A stretch of 64,000 nt of DNA from Actinomycetota bacterium (GTDB taxonomy: Bacteria; Actinomycetota; UBA4738; HRBIN12), in the NCBI GenBank assembly GCA_034667405.1, contig JAXDJX010000016.1, forward strand, positions 8,159 through 72,158. Reading direction: 5' to 3'. Numbering within the stretch: the stretch's first letter is position 1; each line of letters begins with the position of its first letter. Below the pieces are notes generated by a model. The model saw nothing but the letters and a program-made list of their open reading frames with translations, was not told where the DNA came from and did no database searches. The position numbers were made by a program, and so were the translations under genes. Shown here piece after piece: positions 26,823 to 36,763 of this stretch.

Positions 26823-29330
26823 ATGTTCGAACGGTTCACAGATCGCGCCAGGAGGGTTGTGGTCCTCGCCCAAGAAGAAGCGAGGATGCTCAACCACAAC
26901 TACATCGGGACCGAGCACATCCTGCTCGGCCTGATCCACGAGGGCGAGGGCGTCGCCGCCAAGGCCCTGGAATCGCTCAACATCTCGCTGGAGGCCGTGC
27001 GGCAGCAGGTCGAGGAGATCATCGGTCAGGGACAGGCAGCTCCCACCGGTCATATCCCGTTCACCCCGCGCGCGAAGAAAGTCCTGGAGCTCTCGCTTCG
27101 CGAAGCGTTGCAGCTCGGTCACAACTACATCGGAACCGAACACATCCTGCTCGGCCTCATCCGCGAAGGCGAAGGTGTCGCCGCCCAGGTTCTGCAGAAG
27201 CTCGGCGCAGATCTGAACCGTGTCCGGCAGACCGTCATCCAGCTCCTTTCCGGCTACACCGGCGGCAAGGGCGAGCAGACGCCCGGTGGTGCGCCGGGCG
27301 AGGGCGGCCCGCAAGGGTCGATGGTGTTGGACCAGTTCGGCCGGAACCTTACGCAACTCGCTCGCGAATCCAAGCTCGACCCTGTCATCGGGCGCGAGAA
27401 GGAGATCGAGCGCGTCATGCAGGTCCTTTCGCGCCGAACGAAGAACAACCCGGTTCTCATCGGCGATCCCGGTGTGGGCAAGACCGCCGTCGTCGAGGGT
27501 CTCTCGCAGGCCATCGTCAAAGGTGAGGTCCCCGAGACGCTGAAGGGGAAGCAGATCTACACGCTTGACCTTGGCGCGTTGGTTGCCGGCTCTCGCTACC
27601 GCGGAGACTTCGAGGAGCGCCTGAAGAAGGTCCTCAAGGAGATCAAGACCCGCGGCGACATCGTGTTGTTCATCGACGAACTCCACACGTTGGTGGGAGC
27701 AGGAGCCGCCGAAGGTGCGATCGACGCGGCCAGCATCCTCAAGCCGATGCTGGCACGAGGGGAACTCCAGACCATCGGCGCCACCACGCGTGACGAGTAC
27801 CGCAAGCATCTGGAGAAGGACGCAGCCCTGGAGCGCCGGTTCCAGCCCATCGAGGTCAAGGAACCGTCGGTCACCCACACCATCGAGATCCTCAAGGGGC
27901 TCCGCGACCGGTACGAGGCGCACCACCGCGTGAACTTCACCGACGATGCGCTGGTCGCCGCCGCGAACCTCGCGGACCGCTACATCTCCGACCGGCAGCT
28001 CCCCGACAAGGCCATCGACCTCATCGACGAGGCCGGAAGCCGCATGCGGATCCGCCGCATGACCGCGCCGCCCGACGTTCGCGAGATCGACGAGAAGATC
28101 GCCGAGGTTCGTCTGCGCAAGGAAAGCGCCATCGACGGTCAGGACTTCGAGAAGGCGGCCAGCCTGCGTGATGAGGAGCGTCAGCTCCAAGAAGAGCGGA
28201 CCCGTCGGGAACAAGCGTGGAAGTCCGGCGAGATGGACATCCTCAGTGAGGTCGACGAAGAGGAGATCGCCGAGGTCCTCTCCATCTGGACCGGCATCCC
28301 CGTCTTCAAGCTGACGGAAGAAGAGACCGAGAAGCTGCTCCGCATGGAGGATGAACTCCACAAGCGGATCGTCACTCAGGACGAGGCGATCAGCGCGGTC
28401 AGCCGCGCGATGCGTCGCACCCGCAGCGGCCTGAAAGACCCACGGCGTCCCGCCGGCTCGTTCATCTTCCTCGGACCGTCCGGCGTCGGGAAGACCGAGT
28501 TGTCCAAGACGCTCGCTGAGTTCCTCTTCGGTGACGAGGATTCGCTGATCCAGCTCGACATGTCCGAATACATGGAGAAGCACACCGTCTCGCGGCTCAT
28601 CGGCTCGCCTCCCGGCTACGTGGGATACGAGGAGGGTGGCCAGCTCACCGAGGCCGTCCGCCGCAAGCCCTTCAGCGTCATCCTCTTCGACGAGATCGAG
28701 AAGGCGCACCCGGACGTGTTCAACACGCTGCTCCAGATCCTGGAGGATGGGCGTCTGACGGACTCCCAGGGCCGCGCCGTCGACTTCAAGAACACCATCA
28801 TCATCATGACTTCCAACCTCGGAACCAGGGACATCCAGAAGGGACCCGGCATCGGGTTCGCGACCAGCGGGAACGAACAGGTCACCTACGAGCGCATGCG
28901 CGACGGCGTGAAGGACGAACTGAAGAAGAGCTTCCGTCCGGAATTCCTGAACCGCATCGACGAGGTCATCGTGTTCCGTTCGCTGAGCGAAGAAGACGTG
29001 AAGAACATCGTCGATCTGCTGATGAAGCGCGTGACGGAGCAGTTGAAGGCCAAGGACCTGGACATCGAGCTCACGGACGCCGCGAAGGCGCTTCTGGCGA
29101 AAGAGGGCTACGACGTGGCCATGGGTGCCCGGCCGCTCCGCCGAACCATCCAGCGATTGGTCGAGGACCCTCTGGCAGAGAAGCTGCTGTGGAAAGAGTT
29201 CCGGGCAGGCGAGACGGTCATGGTGGACGCCGTCGACGGCGAGATCACGTTCGAGCACGCCGGCGGTATCCCCGACGCGGCGCTGCCGCCGGACACTCCG
29301 CCCGTAGAACTCGCCGGCTCGCCCGAATAA
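26823..29330 (+). CDS. clpC: ATP-dependent Clp protease ATP-binding subunit ClpC
   Basis: [13 protein letters not shown], duplicated N-domain, [11 protein letters not shown]-like middle domain, [15 protein letters not shown]. Confidence 0.98.
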   Translation: MFERFTDRARRVVVLAQEEARMLNHNYIGTEHILLGLIHEGEGVAAKALESLNISLEAVRQQVEEIIGQGQAAPTGHIPFTPRAKKVLELSLREALQLGHNYIGTEHILLGLIREGEGVAAQVLQKLGADLNRVRQTVIQLLSGYTGGKGEQTPGGAPGEGGPQGSMVLDQFGRNLTQLARESKLDPVIGREKEIERVMQVLSRRTKNNPVLIGDPGVGKTAVVEGLSQAIVKGEVPETLKGKQIYTLDLGALVAGSRYRGDFEERLKKVLKEIKTRGDIVLFIDELHTLVGAGAAEGAIDAASILKPMLARGELQTIGATTRDEYRKHLEKDAALERRFQPIEVKEPSVTHTIEILKGLRDRYEAHHRVNFTDDALVAAANLADRYISDRQLPDKAIDLIDEAGSRMRIRRMTAPPDVREIDEKIAEVRLRKESAIDGQDFEKAASLRDEERQLQEERTRREQAWKSGEMDILSEVDEEEIAEVLSIWTGIPVFKLTEEETEKLLRMEDELHKRIVTQDEAISAVSRAMRRTRSGLKDPRRPAGSFIFLGPSGVGKTELSKTLAEFLFGDEDSLIQLDMSEYMEKHTVSRLIGSPPGYVGYEEGGQLTEAVRRKPFSVILFDEIEKAHPDVFNTLLQILEDGRLTDSQGRAVDFKNTIIIMTSNLGTRDIQKGPGIGFATSGNEQVTYERMRDGVKDELKKSFRPEFLNRIDEVIVFRSLSEEDVKNIVDLLMKRVTEQLKAKDLDIELTDAAKALLAKEGYDVAMGARPLRRTIQRLVEDPLAEKLLWKEFRAGETVMVDAVDGEITFEHAGGIPDAALPPDTPPVELAGSPE

Positions 29331-29344
29331 GGCGAACGTCGACC

Positions 29345-30100
29345 TCAGCTGAAGTCGCGGAGTTCCTCGGGTACCAGGGCAGCGAACTCCCAGCCCGTCC
29401 ACAGGTCGTCTGCGAAACGAACCGGGTCGGGTGCGTCCGCTCCCTGCTTGGCCGCCCATTCGCACAGTCGAAGCACGTCGCGACGCAGGAACTCGTGCGC
29501 GCTGGAGTTGAAGCGCGCGTCGACCGCTTGGGGGAAGTCGATGATCCACGGCTGCTCCTCCCACCACAACACGTTGTACGCCGAGAGGTCGGCGTGAATG
29601 ATGTCCCGCAGGAGGAATCGCTCGATCGCCCGCAACAAGAGCGCGAGGACTTCACCGGCTTCCTCCGGTTCCCACCGCAATTCGCGGAGCTGCGGGGCGG
29701 GGGCGTCATCTTCGCCCAGGTACTGGAGCAGCATGCCTCGGTCGGCGCTCGCGATGGGGCGGGGGACGGGGCAACCGGCATCGTGGAGCGCCGTCAGCGT
29801 CGAGAACTCGTGAGCTACCCAGAAGGTCTGTGAGAACTCACGTCCGGGTTTGTTCTTCTTCTGCATCGCCCGGACTTCGCTGGTGACCTTTCGGAACCGG
29901 CCATCCAGGTATGCGGCGCTATCCGCGAAGTCGCGGACACTCGTGCTTCTGTAGGTCTTGGCCACCACGGTGTCCTCGCCGGTAAGACGAGGGTTCGCGC
30001 GGCAGAGCCAGATCATCGCTTCCTTGCCGCTAGCGAGCGGCCGGATCACTTCGTGGATCAGCCCTTCATCGAAGAACGGCTCTAGTGCGGGGTCGAGCAA
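29345..30100 (-). CDS. RIO1-family atypical Ser/Thr kinase
   Basis: SGKEA, AKTYR, W...EF..L, IIHADLSAYNVL, IIDFPQAV; TTG start with AAGGAG RBS. Confidence 0.92.
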   Translation of the reverse strand: MLDPALEPFFDEGLIHEVIRPLASGKEAMIWLCRANPRLTGEDTVVAKTYRSTSVRDFADSAAYLDGRFRKVTSEVRAMQKKNKPGREFSQTFWVAHEFSTLTALHDAGCPVPRPIASADRGMLLQYLGEDDAPAPQLRELRWEPEEAGEVLALLLRAIERFLLRDIIHADLSAYNVLWWEEQPWIIDFPQAVDARFNSSAHEFLRRDVLRLCEWAAKQGADAPDPVRFADDLWTGWEFAALVPEELRDFS

Positions 30101-30172
30101 CGGATGTCTCCTTCGAGATCGCAGGCATGAATGAACGATGCTGCGTCCCTCGGGAGCCGGTGAGCGCCTGGA

Positions 30173-30226
30173 TCAGGCGGAGGCGGAGGGACGCAGGGTG
30201 AAGACCGGGGCAAAGGTCACGGCCAT
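30173..30226 (-). CDS. Putative leader peptide (17 aa, MAVTFAPVFTLRPSASA) upstream of the RIO1 kinase
   Basis: AGGAGG 8 nt before ATG; overlaps one arm of an 11-bp inverted repeat; lies downstream of a good sigma70-type promoter. Confidence 0.6.
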   Translation of the reverse strand: MAVTFAPVFTLRPSASA

Positions 30227-30277
30227 CTCACATCCCTCCTTCGTGTCGGGCCGGCGCGAGCGCACCAGCACGCGCCA

Positions 30278-30306
30278 AGCATACGCCCGGGGAGCGGTGC
30301 ATCCAA
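30278..30306 (-). promoter_or_regulatory. Sigma70-type promoter TTGGAT-N17-TATGCT for the leader/RIO1 transcript
   Basis: Seen directly on the minus strand with 17-bp spacing. Confidence 0.6.
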
Positions 30307-30327
30307 GTCTGCTACAGGTTCTGTGAT

Positions 30328-30696
30328 CTACCCGGCGTCGGGGCCCGGCACCGGGGAGGGTCCGGCGTAGAGCATCGTGATGCTCTCGACGATGGAACGC
30401 GGGATGTGCGTAACGGCGCGGAATCCGTCCTCGTCGGGGAGCAGCTCCTGGGCGATCGAGAGGAACCGAGGACCTTCCTTCACGAGGTACCCGACGGTTC
30501 GGACGACATAGTCCTCGCGGCAGTCCTCGGGATCCGTCTCTTGAAAGTCGAAGAACGCGTCGTGCCAGAGGCAGAGGACCAAGGGGTACTCGGGCACCTC
30601 GTCCAGGGCCGGCCCGCCGTCCTTCGGTTCCCCGACGGGGAACTGAGGTTGTGCCTGGGACGAACGCGGGACTGCTCGCAACGGGACCTCCTTCAA
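30328..30696 (-). CDS. Hypothetical small protein (WxDA...TVGYL...IP family)
   Basis: LWHDAFFD...RTVGYLV...LSIAQE...THIP pattern; start uncertain. Confidence 0.7.
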   Translation of the reverse strand: MKEVPLRAVPRSSQAQPQFPVGEPKDGGPALDEVPEYPLVLCLWHDAFFDFQETDPEDCREDYVVRTVGYLVKEGPRFLSIAQELLPDEDGFRAVTHIPRSIVESITMLYAGPSPVPGPDAG

Positions 30697-30865
30697 CGTG
30701 CTAGATATCGGCAGTTTTCGTCCCGGGATAACCGCCCCTCGCCACTTCTCGAACCCGCTCGCCCCGAACTAGCCTGAGGGCCTAACCCGGGGCCGTCGAC
30801 GATACCGGCGGGGGCTGACATGAGGGGGCACAACCGTGTCAGTGCCTGACTCTAGGGTCGGTCCG

Positions 30866-32230
30866 ATGGCGAAGAAGCGAGCGTTCCATTGCACGGCGTG
30901 CGGGGTCCGAGCGGAGCAGTGGACGGGTCGCTGCAGCGGGTGTGGCGGGTGGGGAAGCATCGAGGAAGTCCCATCATCGTTCGTGAGCAAGGGGTCCGGG
31001 GTTGCCGCAGTCGCGCCGGTGCCGTTGCTGTCCATCTCAGCGGGTGCCGCCGCGGCCAGGGTCTCTACGGGGATGGAGGGTATCGATCGGGTCTTGGGCG
31101 GAGGAGTCGTCCCGGCTTCGGTCGCCTTGCTCGCCGGCGAACCTGGCATCGGGAAGTCCACGCTGCTCCTCCAGATGGTCGCCCACTTGTCGGCCACAGG
31201 ATCTCGGTGTCTGGTGGTCTCGGGCGAGGAGTCCCACGCCCAGGTGGCGGCCCGGGCCAGGCGTCTGGGTGTCGCCGCGGAGTCCGTCACGTTCGCCCCC
31301 GGTAGAGATCTGGGCGCGGTCCTGCAGAGCGCATCGGAAGCACGGCCATTCCTCCTGGCTGTGGACTCCATCCAGACCATCCGGGACATGGACGCCACGC
31401 AGATCCCCGGAGGCGTCTCGCAGGTACGAACCTGCACGGATGCTTTGGTCGGGCTCGCAAAGACCCAGGGGATCGCCGTGCTGCTGACCGGCCATGTCAC
31501 GAAGGACGGGGACTTGGCCGGTCCCCGGGCACTCGAGCACGCCGTCGATGTCGTCCTCACGTTCGACGGTGACGCCCGGTCGGGGCTGCGGGTGCTCGCG
31601 GGAGGCAAGAACCGATTCGGTGCCGAAGGGGAGACGGCCTGGTTCGAGATGGAGCCTTCCGGATTGCGGGAGATCGACCCGACCGACCTCCTTCTGTCCG
31701 GCGAACGGGTTGCGGGGGCAGCGACTGCGCTGCCGCTAGCGGGCAGGCGGGCGCTCGCGGTAGAGGTGCAGGCCCTGGTGGGGACGACCGAAGGCCCGGC
31801 GCGCCGGCAGGCGACGGGGCTCGACCTGCGGAGATTCCAGCTCGTCGCGGCCGTGCTCGATCATGCCATCGGATTTGGCATTGGTCGCTCCGAACTGTTC
31901 GGGGCCTCGGGCGGCGGGGTGCGCATCGATGATCCAGCCTGCGATCTGGCGGTCGCGGCGGCTCTTGCTTCGGCTGCGGCCGGGGTTCCGCCTCCCGCCG
32001 ACGCCGCATTCGTGGGCGAGGTGGCCCTCACCGGGCTCATCCGGCCTGCTCCGGGGATGGCCCAGCGGCTCGCCGCCGCCAGAGCCGCCGGCTGTGCCAC
32101 CGTGTTCGCCCCCCGCGGGGAGGCTCTGGCGCTGGAGGGTGTGACCATCGTGCCGGTCAGCCGGGTCGCTGAAGCCCTCACTTGGGCACGTCGACCTGCA
32201 GGAACGCGGTCAGAACGGCGTTCGGCGTAG
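30866..32230 (+). CDS. radA: DNA repair protein RadA/Sms
   Basis: C4 zinc finger, GEPGIGKSTL, VDSIQT, GHVTK, KNRFG, Lon-like C-terminus. Confidence 0.96.
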   Translation: MAKKRAFHCTACGVRAEQWTGRCSGCGGWGSIEEVPSSFVSKGSGVAAVAPVPLLSISAGAAAARVSTGMEGIDRVLGGGVVPASVALLAGEPGIGKSTLLLQMVAHLSATGSRCLVVSGEESHAQVAARARRLGVAAESVTFAPGRDLGAVLQSASEARPFLLAVDSIQTIRDMDATQIPGGVSQVRTCTDALVGLAKTQGIAVLLTGHVTKDGDLAGPRALEHAVDVVLTFDGDARSGLRVLAGGKNRFGAEGETAWFEMEPSGLREIDPTDLLLSGERVAGAATALPLAGRRALAVEVQALVGTTEGPARRQATGLDLRRFQLVAAVLDHAIGFGIGRSELFGASGGGVRIDDPACDLAVAAALASAAAGVPPPADAAFVGEVALTGLIRPAPGMAQRLAAARAAGCATVFAPRGEALALEGVTIVPVSRVAEALTWARRPAGTRSERRSA

Positions 32231-32376
32231 ACCTTTGAGACCCCGTCATGCACGTCTATTAGGCCTCTGACCTGCGGTTTTGGGTTGCGTTCTGACAGTG
32301 CCCCGTGTTACCCTGTGACTAGTCATCGCGCAGGGCTCTATCTCGCATTCTCGTGAAGGTTCGCTAAGGAGGGTTC

Positions 32377-32889
32377 GTGGGGTTCCGAAAAGGCGACACC
32401 GTTGTGCATCCGGAACATGGGGCTGCGATCATCCAAGAGCTCCGCGACAAGGAATTCCTCGGCGAGAAGCGAAAGTATCTGGTCCTGAAGGTCGTGTATG
32501 GCGACCTCACCCTCTTGGTTCCGGCTGATTCGGCCGATCAGGTGGGGCTGCGACAGGTCGTGAGCAAGGCCGAAGTGAAGAAGATCCTGAAGGTCTTGAC
32601 CGAGGGCGAGTCCGTGATGGCTGCCAACTGGTCACGCCGCTACAAGAACAACCTGGAGAAGCTGCATTCCGGCGACCCCTACGAAGTGGCCGAGGTACTC
32701 CGCAACCTATCCATCCGCGACCGGGAGAAGGGCCTCTCCGCGGGTGAGAAACGCATGATCCAGAAGGCGCGTCAGATCCTTATCTCCGAGCTTCATTACG
32801 CCACAGGCAAGACGGAAGAGGACGCGGAGACCATGATCGACGACGTTCTGGACGGCGCTCACGGCGAGAAACTGGCAGCTCAAGCCTAG
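32377..32889 (+). CDS. carD: CarD-family transcriptional regulator
   Basis: GDTVVHPEHGA, VGLRQV, NWSRRYK.N.EKL, LSAGEKRM. Confidence 0.96.
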   Translation: MGFRKGDTVVHPEHGAAIIQELRDKEFLGEKRKYLVLKVVYGDLTLLVPADSADQVGLRQVVSKAEVKKILKVLTEGESVMAANWSRRYKNNLEKLHSGDPYEVAEVLRNLSIRDREKGLSAGEKRMIQKARQILISELHYATGKTEEDAETMIDDVLDGAHGEKLAAQA

Positions 32890-33026
32890 GTACCGCCGCT
32901 CTCCATCCCGTTCCGGCAACCTCCTTGCGAAACGTTCAGTCGTGCCTAGAAGCCGCCGATGGGTTCTCTAGGGGCTGGCACCTTCGTTGCCTGCCTACAA
33001 CCGGCAAAGGCCCGGAGGATGCCGCT

Positions 33027-34097
33027 ATGACTGAGAACGCCCCAGAGCGTGGGAGGGGAGCCCTTCGGGGCCGCCTGGTCGAGGGCATCCGCCTCATCTT
33101 CATCCCCGTCATGGCCACCGGTGCCTATGAGATCGGTGCCGCCCATGAGCCGAGCGGAGGCCAGACACTCCTGTGGGTCTTCGTGGGCGCGGGACTCGGC
33201 TATGTGATCGGAGGCATCACCGGCCGCCTGACGCTTCGCGCCGTCACCGGCATGGAGCGCGAACTGGGGCGCACACCAGCTCCGCAGTTGGCCGGAGGCG
33301 TCGTCGGTCTGATCATCGGTCTCATCATCTCCGCCCTCATCATGGTCCCGCTCCTGTTCCTTCCGCCGTCGGTCACCTGGCCTGCGATCCTGTTCATCTA
33401 CATCGTCATCGGCTCGTTGGGCTTCCGCCTGGGGCAAGCGAAGTACGAGGACCTCTTCGGACTGGTCGGTATGAAGCCTCGCGCCACGGCATCGGCGCGT
33501 GGTGACCTCCATGTGATCGACACCAGTGCGCTCATCGACGGTCGCGTGGCGGACCTGGTGGCGACGGGCTTCGTCAGCGGCACCGTGTTGTTGCACGACG
33601 GCGTCCTTCGCGAACTCCAAGCCATCTCCGACTCATCCGACCCGAGACGACGTCAACGAGGGCGTCGTGGCCTGGACGTACTCGTCGATCTCCAGAAGGC
33701 TCCGACGGTCCAGTTCCAACTGGTCGAGGAGGCGGGTGTCATGGATGTGGACGCCGCCCTGGTTCGTCTGGCTCGGGAACGTGGCGCATCGCTCATCACG
33801 GTCGATCACAACCTGGCGAAGGTCGCGGAAGCCCTGCGAGTCCCCGTCGCCCAGATCAACGCGCTGGCCTCGAAGTTCCGCGTTCCCTACACCGCCGGCG
33901 ACGAGATCTCGGTTCGTCTGGTGAAGGAGGGCCGAGAGCATGCGCAGGCGGTCGGGTACCTCGAGGACGGCACGATGGTGGTCGTCGAGAAGGCTGACGA
34001 CCACATCGGAACCCAAGTGGAGGTCAAGGTGAAGAACGTCATCCTCACCACCACCGGCCGGATGGTCTTTGCCCTCCTCGCCGACGCAGAGGCCTGA
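33027..34097 (+). CDS. Membrane PIN/TRAM domain protein (YacL-like)
   Basis: 4 TMs, IDTSALIDGR, ELQ.ISDS.D...RGRRGLD, GYLEDGTMVVV, GRMVFA. Confidence 0.92.
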   Translation: MTENAPERGRGALRGRLVEGIRLIFIPVMATGAYEIGAAHEPSGGQTLLWVFVGAGLGYVIGGITGRLTLRAVTGMERELGRTPAPQLAGGVVGLIIGLIISALIMVPLLFLPPSVTWPAILFIYIVIGSLGFRLGQAKYEDLFGLVGMKPRATASARGDLHVIDTSALIDGRVADLVATGFVSGTVLLHDGVLRELQAISDSSDPRRRQRGRRGLDVLVDLQKAPTVQFQLVEEAGVMDVDAALVRLARERGASLITVDHNLAKVAEALRVPVAQINALASKFRVPYTAGDEISVRLVKEGREHAQAVGYLEDGTMVVVEKADDHIGTQVEVKVKNVILTTTGRMVFALLADAEA

Positions 34098-34141
34098 GAC
34101 CAAGCACACCGCTGCGGTACGTTCTGCCATCCTTGTCGTTC

Positions 34142-34819
34142 ATGGAAGCGGTCGCGATCGTGTTGGCAGCCGGTGTCGGACGGCGTCTGGGGATGGGCGA
34201 ACCCAAGGCGTTCCTGTCGCTCGGGGATGCGCCGATCCTGGTGTGGGCCGCGCGCTCTGCCCTTGCCTGCCCGCAGGTTGGCGCCTTGGTGGTCACCGCG
34301 CCGCTCGGGTTCGAGGACGAAGCCCGTTCTGCGCTCGCCGGCCTCGGAGGCACGGTCACGGTTGTCACGGGCGGGGACTCGCGCCAGGCCTCGGTCCGAA
34401 ACGCTCTCCTGCAGGTCCCCCCGGAAGTGCCGTTCGTGCTGGTCCATGACGCGGCGCGGCCGTTCGTGTCTCCGGATCTCTTCACGCGGGCGCTGGAGGC
34501 GGTTCAGGGGGAGGCGGCCGGGGCGTTGCCCGTCCTGCCGGTCACCGACACGGTGAAGCAGGTTTCGCGAGGGTGGGTGACGGCAACGGTCGCCAGAGAC
34601 GAATTGGGACTCGCCCAGACGCCCCAAGCCTTCCGCACCGACCTTCTGCGTGAGAGTCACGCATCCGCCGCCTCTGACGAACTCACCGACGACGCTGCCG
34701 TCCTGGAACGCGCGGGCCATCGCGTCCGAGCGATCGCGGGTGATCCCAACAACGTGAAGATCACCACCATGCTCGACCTCATCGCCGCCCGCGAGCGAGT
34801 GGATGGCACACGTGGTTGA
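34142..34819 (+). CDS. ispD: 2-C-methyl-D-erythritol 4-phosphate cytidylyltransferase
   Basis: LAAG.G.R, GGDSRQASV, VHDAARP, AQTPQ, TDD, NVKITT. Confidence 0.95.
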   Translation: MEAVAIVLAAGVGRRLGMGEPKAFLSLGDAPILVWAARSALACPQVGALVVTAPLGFEDEARSALAGLGGTVTVVTGGDSRQASVRNALLQVPPEVPFVLVHDAARPFVSPDLFTRALEAVQGEAAGALPVLPVTDTVKQVSRGWVTATVARDELGLAQTPQAFRTDLLRESHASAASDELTDDAAVLERAGHRVRAIAGDPNNVKITTMLDLIAARERVDGTRG

Positions 34820-35291
34820 GATCAGGATCGGACAGGGGTTCGACGTGCACCCGTGGGCGCAAGGCCGGCCCCTCCTGCTCGGTGGTGTTCCGTTCGAAGG
34901 GGATGCGGGGCTCGAGGGCCATTCCGATGGCGATGTCGTGTGCCACGCCCTCGCGGACGCGATGCTCGGCGCAGCGGCGCTGGGTGACATCGGCATGCAC
35001 TTCCCCGACACCGATCCGGCCATGTCGGGCATCGGCGGGCTCGAGGTGCTGTCTCGCACCATCGCCTTGCTTCGCGAAGGCGGGTTCGTTCCGGCGTCGG
35101 TGGATCTCACCGTCATCTGTGAGCGCCCGGCTGTAGCCCCGCGTCGAGATGAGATGCGCCGGGTGCTGGCCGGCGCGCTCGACATCTCGGTCGACCGCGT
35201 CTCCGTGAAGGCCACACGTCCCGAAGGTCTCGGTCTGACTGCCGACGGCATCGGCTGCATGGCACTTGCGACCATCTCGGGGGAACCGTGA
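34803..35291 (+). CDS. ispF: 2-C-methyl-D-erythritol 2,4-cyclodiphosphate synthase
   Basis: GQGFDVH, GHSDGDV..HA, GDIG.HFP, VKAT. Confidence 0.95.
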   Translation: MAHVVEIRIGQGFDVHPWAQGRPLLLGGVPFEGDAGLEGHSDGDVVCHALADAMLGAAALGDIGMHFPDTDPAMSGIGGLEVLSRTIALLREGGFVPASVDLTVICERPAVAPRRDEMRRVLAGALDISVDRVSVKATRPEGLGLTADGIGCMALATISGEP

Positions 35292-36100
35292 GCGAGAGGG
35301 GCCGCGGGCGACAGGCGGGAAGCCGCACATCCAAGGCACGCCCGCCTCGGCCCTCTACCGGTGGCCTTACAAGCGTGGTTGCCGGGCGCCGGGCCGTCAC
35401 CGAAGCGCTCCGTGCGGGAGACGTCGTCGATCTTCTCATCATGCCGAACGCGAAGGCAACGGAGGGACTGCGCGCCGTGCTTCAGGCTGCGGCCGCAGCG
35501 GGCCTTGCCGTGCAGACCGTGGCACGCTCGGAACTCGATCAGATGGCTCCCGCGCACCAGGGTGTCGTCGCGCGCGTCCGGGAACCCGCCGTTCCGAAAG
35601 AGCTCTCCGAACGCGATCTGGACTCGTTCCCGTTCACGCAGGACGCGGTCGTGGTGATCCTGGACGGCATCACCGATCCGCAGAACCTGGGGGCGGCGGC
35701 GCGTTCGGCCGAGGCTGCCGGTGCCGCGATGCTCGTCACCCGGACCCGACGGGCGGCGGAGGTGACGCCGGCAGCGGTGCGCGCTTCCGCGGGCGCGCTG
35801 CTCCACCTGGCGCACGCCCGCGTCGCCAACATCGCCCGTGCCATCGAACGGTTGCAAGCCAACGGGTTCTTCGTGACGGGTCTTGACGGTGATGCCACGG
35901 CCAGCGTGTTCGACGACCCGTGCCCTCCCGGGCGGGTGGCGGTCGTCATCGGAAGCGAGGGCGAAGGGATGGCCCGCTTGACCCGGGAGAAGTGTGACGC
36001 GCTCGTCTCGCTGCCGATGAACGGAAGGGTCGCATCGTTGAACGCGTCCGCCTCGCTCGCGGCGACTCTCTATGCCTACGTCCTGGCCTCGCGCGCCTAG
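35288..36100 (+). CDS. rlmB: 23S rRNA (Gm2251) 2'-O-methyltransferase, SpoU/TrmH family
   Basis: HQGV, DPQNLGA..RS, GSEGEG, SLNAS. Confidence 0.9.
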   Translation: MSERGRGRQAGSRTSKARPPRPSTGGLTSVVAGRRAVTEALRAGDVVDLLIMPNAKATEGLRAVLQAAAAAGLAVQTVARSELDQMAPAHQGVVARVREPAVPKELSERDLDSFPFTQDAVVVILDGITDPQNLGAAARSAEAAGAAMLVTRTRRAAEVTPAAVRASAGALLHLAHARVANIARAIERLQANGFFVTGLDGDATASVFDDPCPPGRVAVVIGSEGEGMARLTREKCDALVSLPMNGRVASLNASASLAATLYAYVLASRA

Positions 36101-36161
36101 AGCGTGCACGGGCGCGTGCCGTTGCTGCTAGCGTCGATGACGTCCAGAGAGGGAGCGTGCC

Positions 36162-36677
36162 GTGTCCGACATACCGCCGCCACCATCAACGCCGCCGCCA
36201 TCCGGCGGACCTGAGGGTGTGGTCCCGCCGCCTCCTACCAGCGACGCGGTCCCGTTCGTCATCCCGACGCCCATGGCCGCGCCCCCGCGACGCCCATCCG
36301 TGCTGACAACGGCTGCGGTGGCGTTCCTGGTGCTCGCCTTCCTGCACGGGTTCGCCGCGCTGGTCATCCTCTCGCTTCGGAGTTCGTCCACGCCCTCGCC
36401 ACTGCTACAGACGTCGACGGGCAATCATTCCTTCGGCGTCGGTGTGGGGGTGTTGGTCCTCGGCGTTCTTGAACTGCTGGCAGGGTTCCTTGTGCTTCGA
36501 CTCAACGGAGCCGGCAGGATCCTCGGTCTCGTGGTGGCGAGTCTTGAGGTGATCAACGGCTTGCGTGTCCTCATCGACGGCCAGGGCACGGCGGTGCTCG
36601 GGATCGGGATCAACCTGTTCCTCATCTACGCCCTCGCCACCACGGGAGATGTCTTCGCCCGAGCACGGCGGCGGTAG
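36162..36677 (+). CDS. Hypothetical membrane protein (Pro-rich N-terminus, 4 TM)
   Basis: GAGGGAG RBS; hydrophobic segments. Confidence 0.7.
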   Translation: MSDIPPPPSTPPPSGGPEGVVPPPPTSDAVPFVIPTPMAAPPRRPSVLTTAAVAFLVLAFLHGFAALVILSLRSSSTPSPLLQTSTGNHSFGVGVGVLVLGVLELLAGFLVLRLNGAGRILGLVVASLEVINGLRVLIDGQGTAVLGIGINLFLIYALATTGDVFARARRR

Positions 36678-36688
36678 ACTCAGCCTCG

Positions 36689-36762
36689 GCCGGCGTGGCG
36701 CAGTCCGGTAGCGCAACCGATTTGTAATCGGTAGGTCGTCGGTTCGAATCCGACCGCCGGCT
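36689..36762 (+). tRNA. tRNA-Thr (anticodon TGT)
   Basis: GCCGGCG/CGCCGGC acceptor stem, anticodon arm ACCGA-TTTGTAA-TCGGT, GGTTCGAATCC T loop; no encoded CCA; TAGACT upstream. Confidence 0.95.
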
Positions 36763-36763
36763 C

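Noticed and set aside
26664-29567. 967-aa antisense ORF over clpC
   Set aside because: Shadow ORF caused by high-GC codon bias; no motifs. The same applies to 14917..16668, 33887..36109 and 46984..49422.
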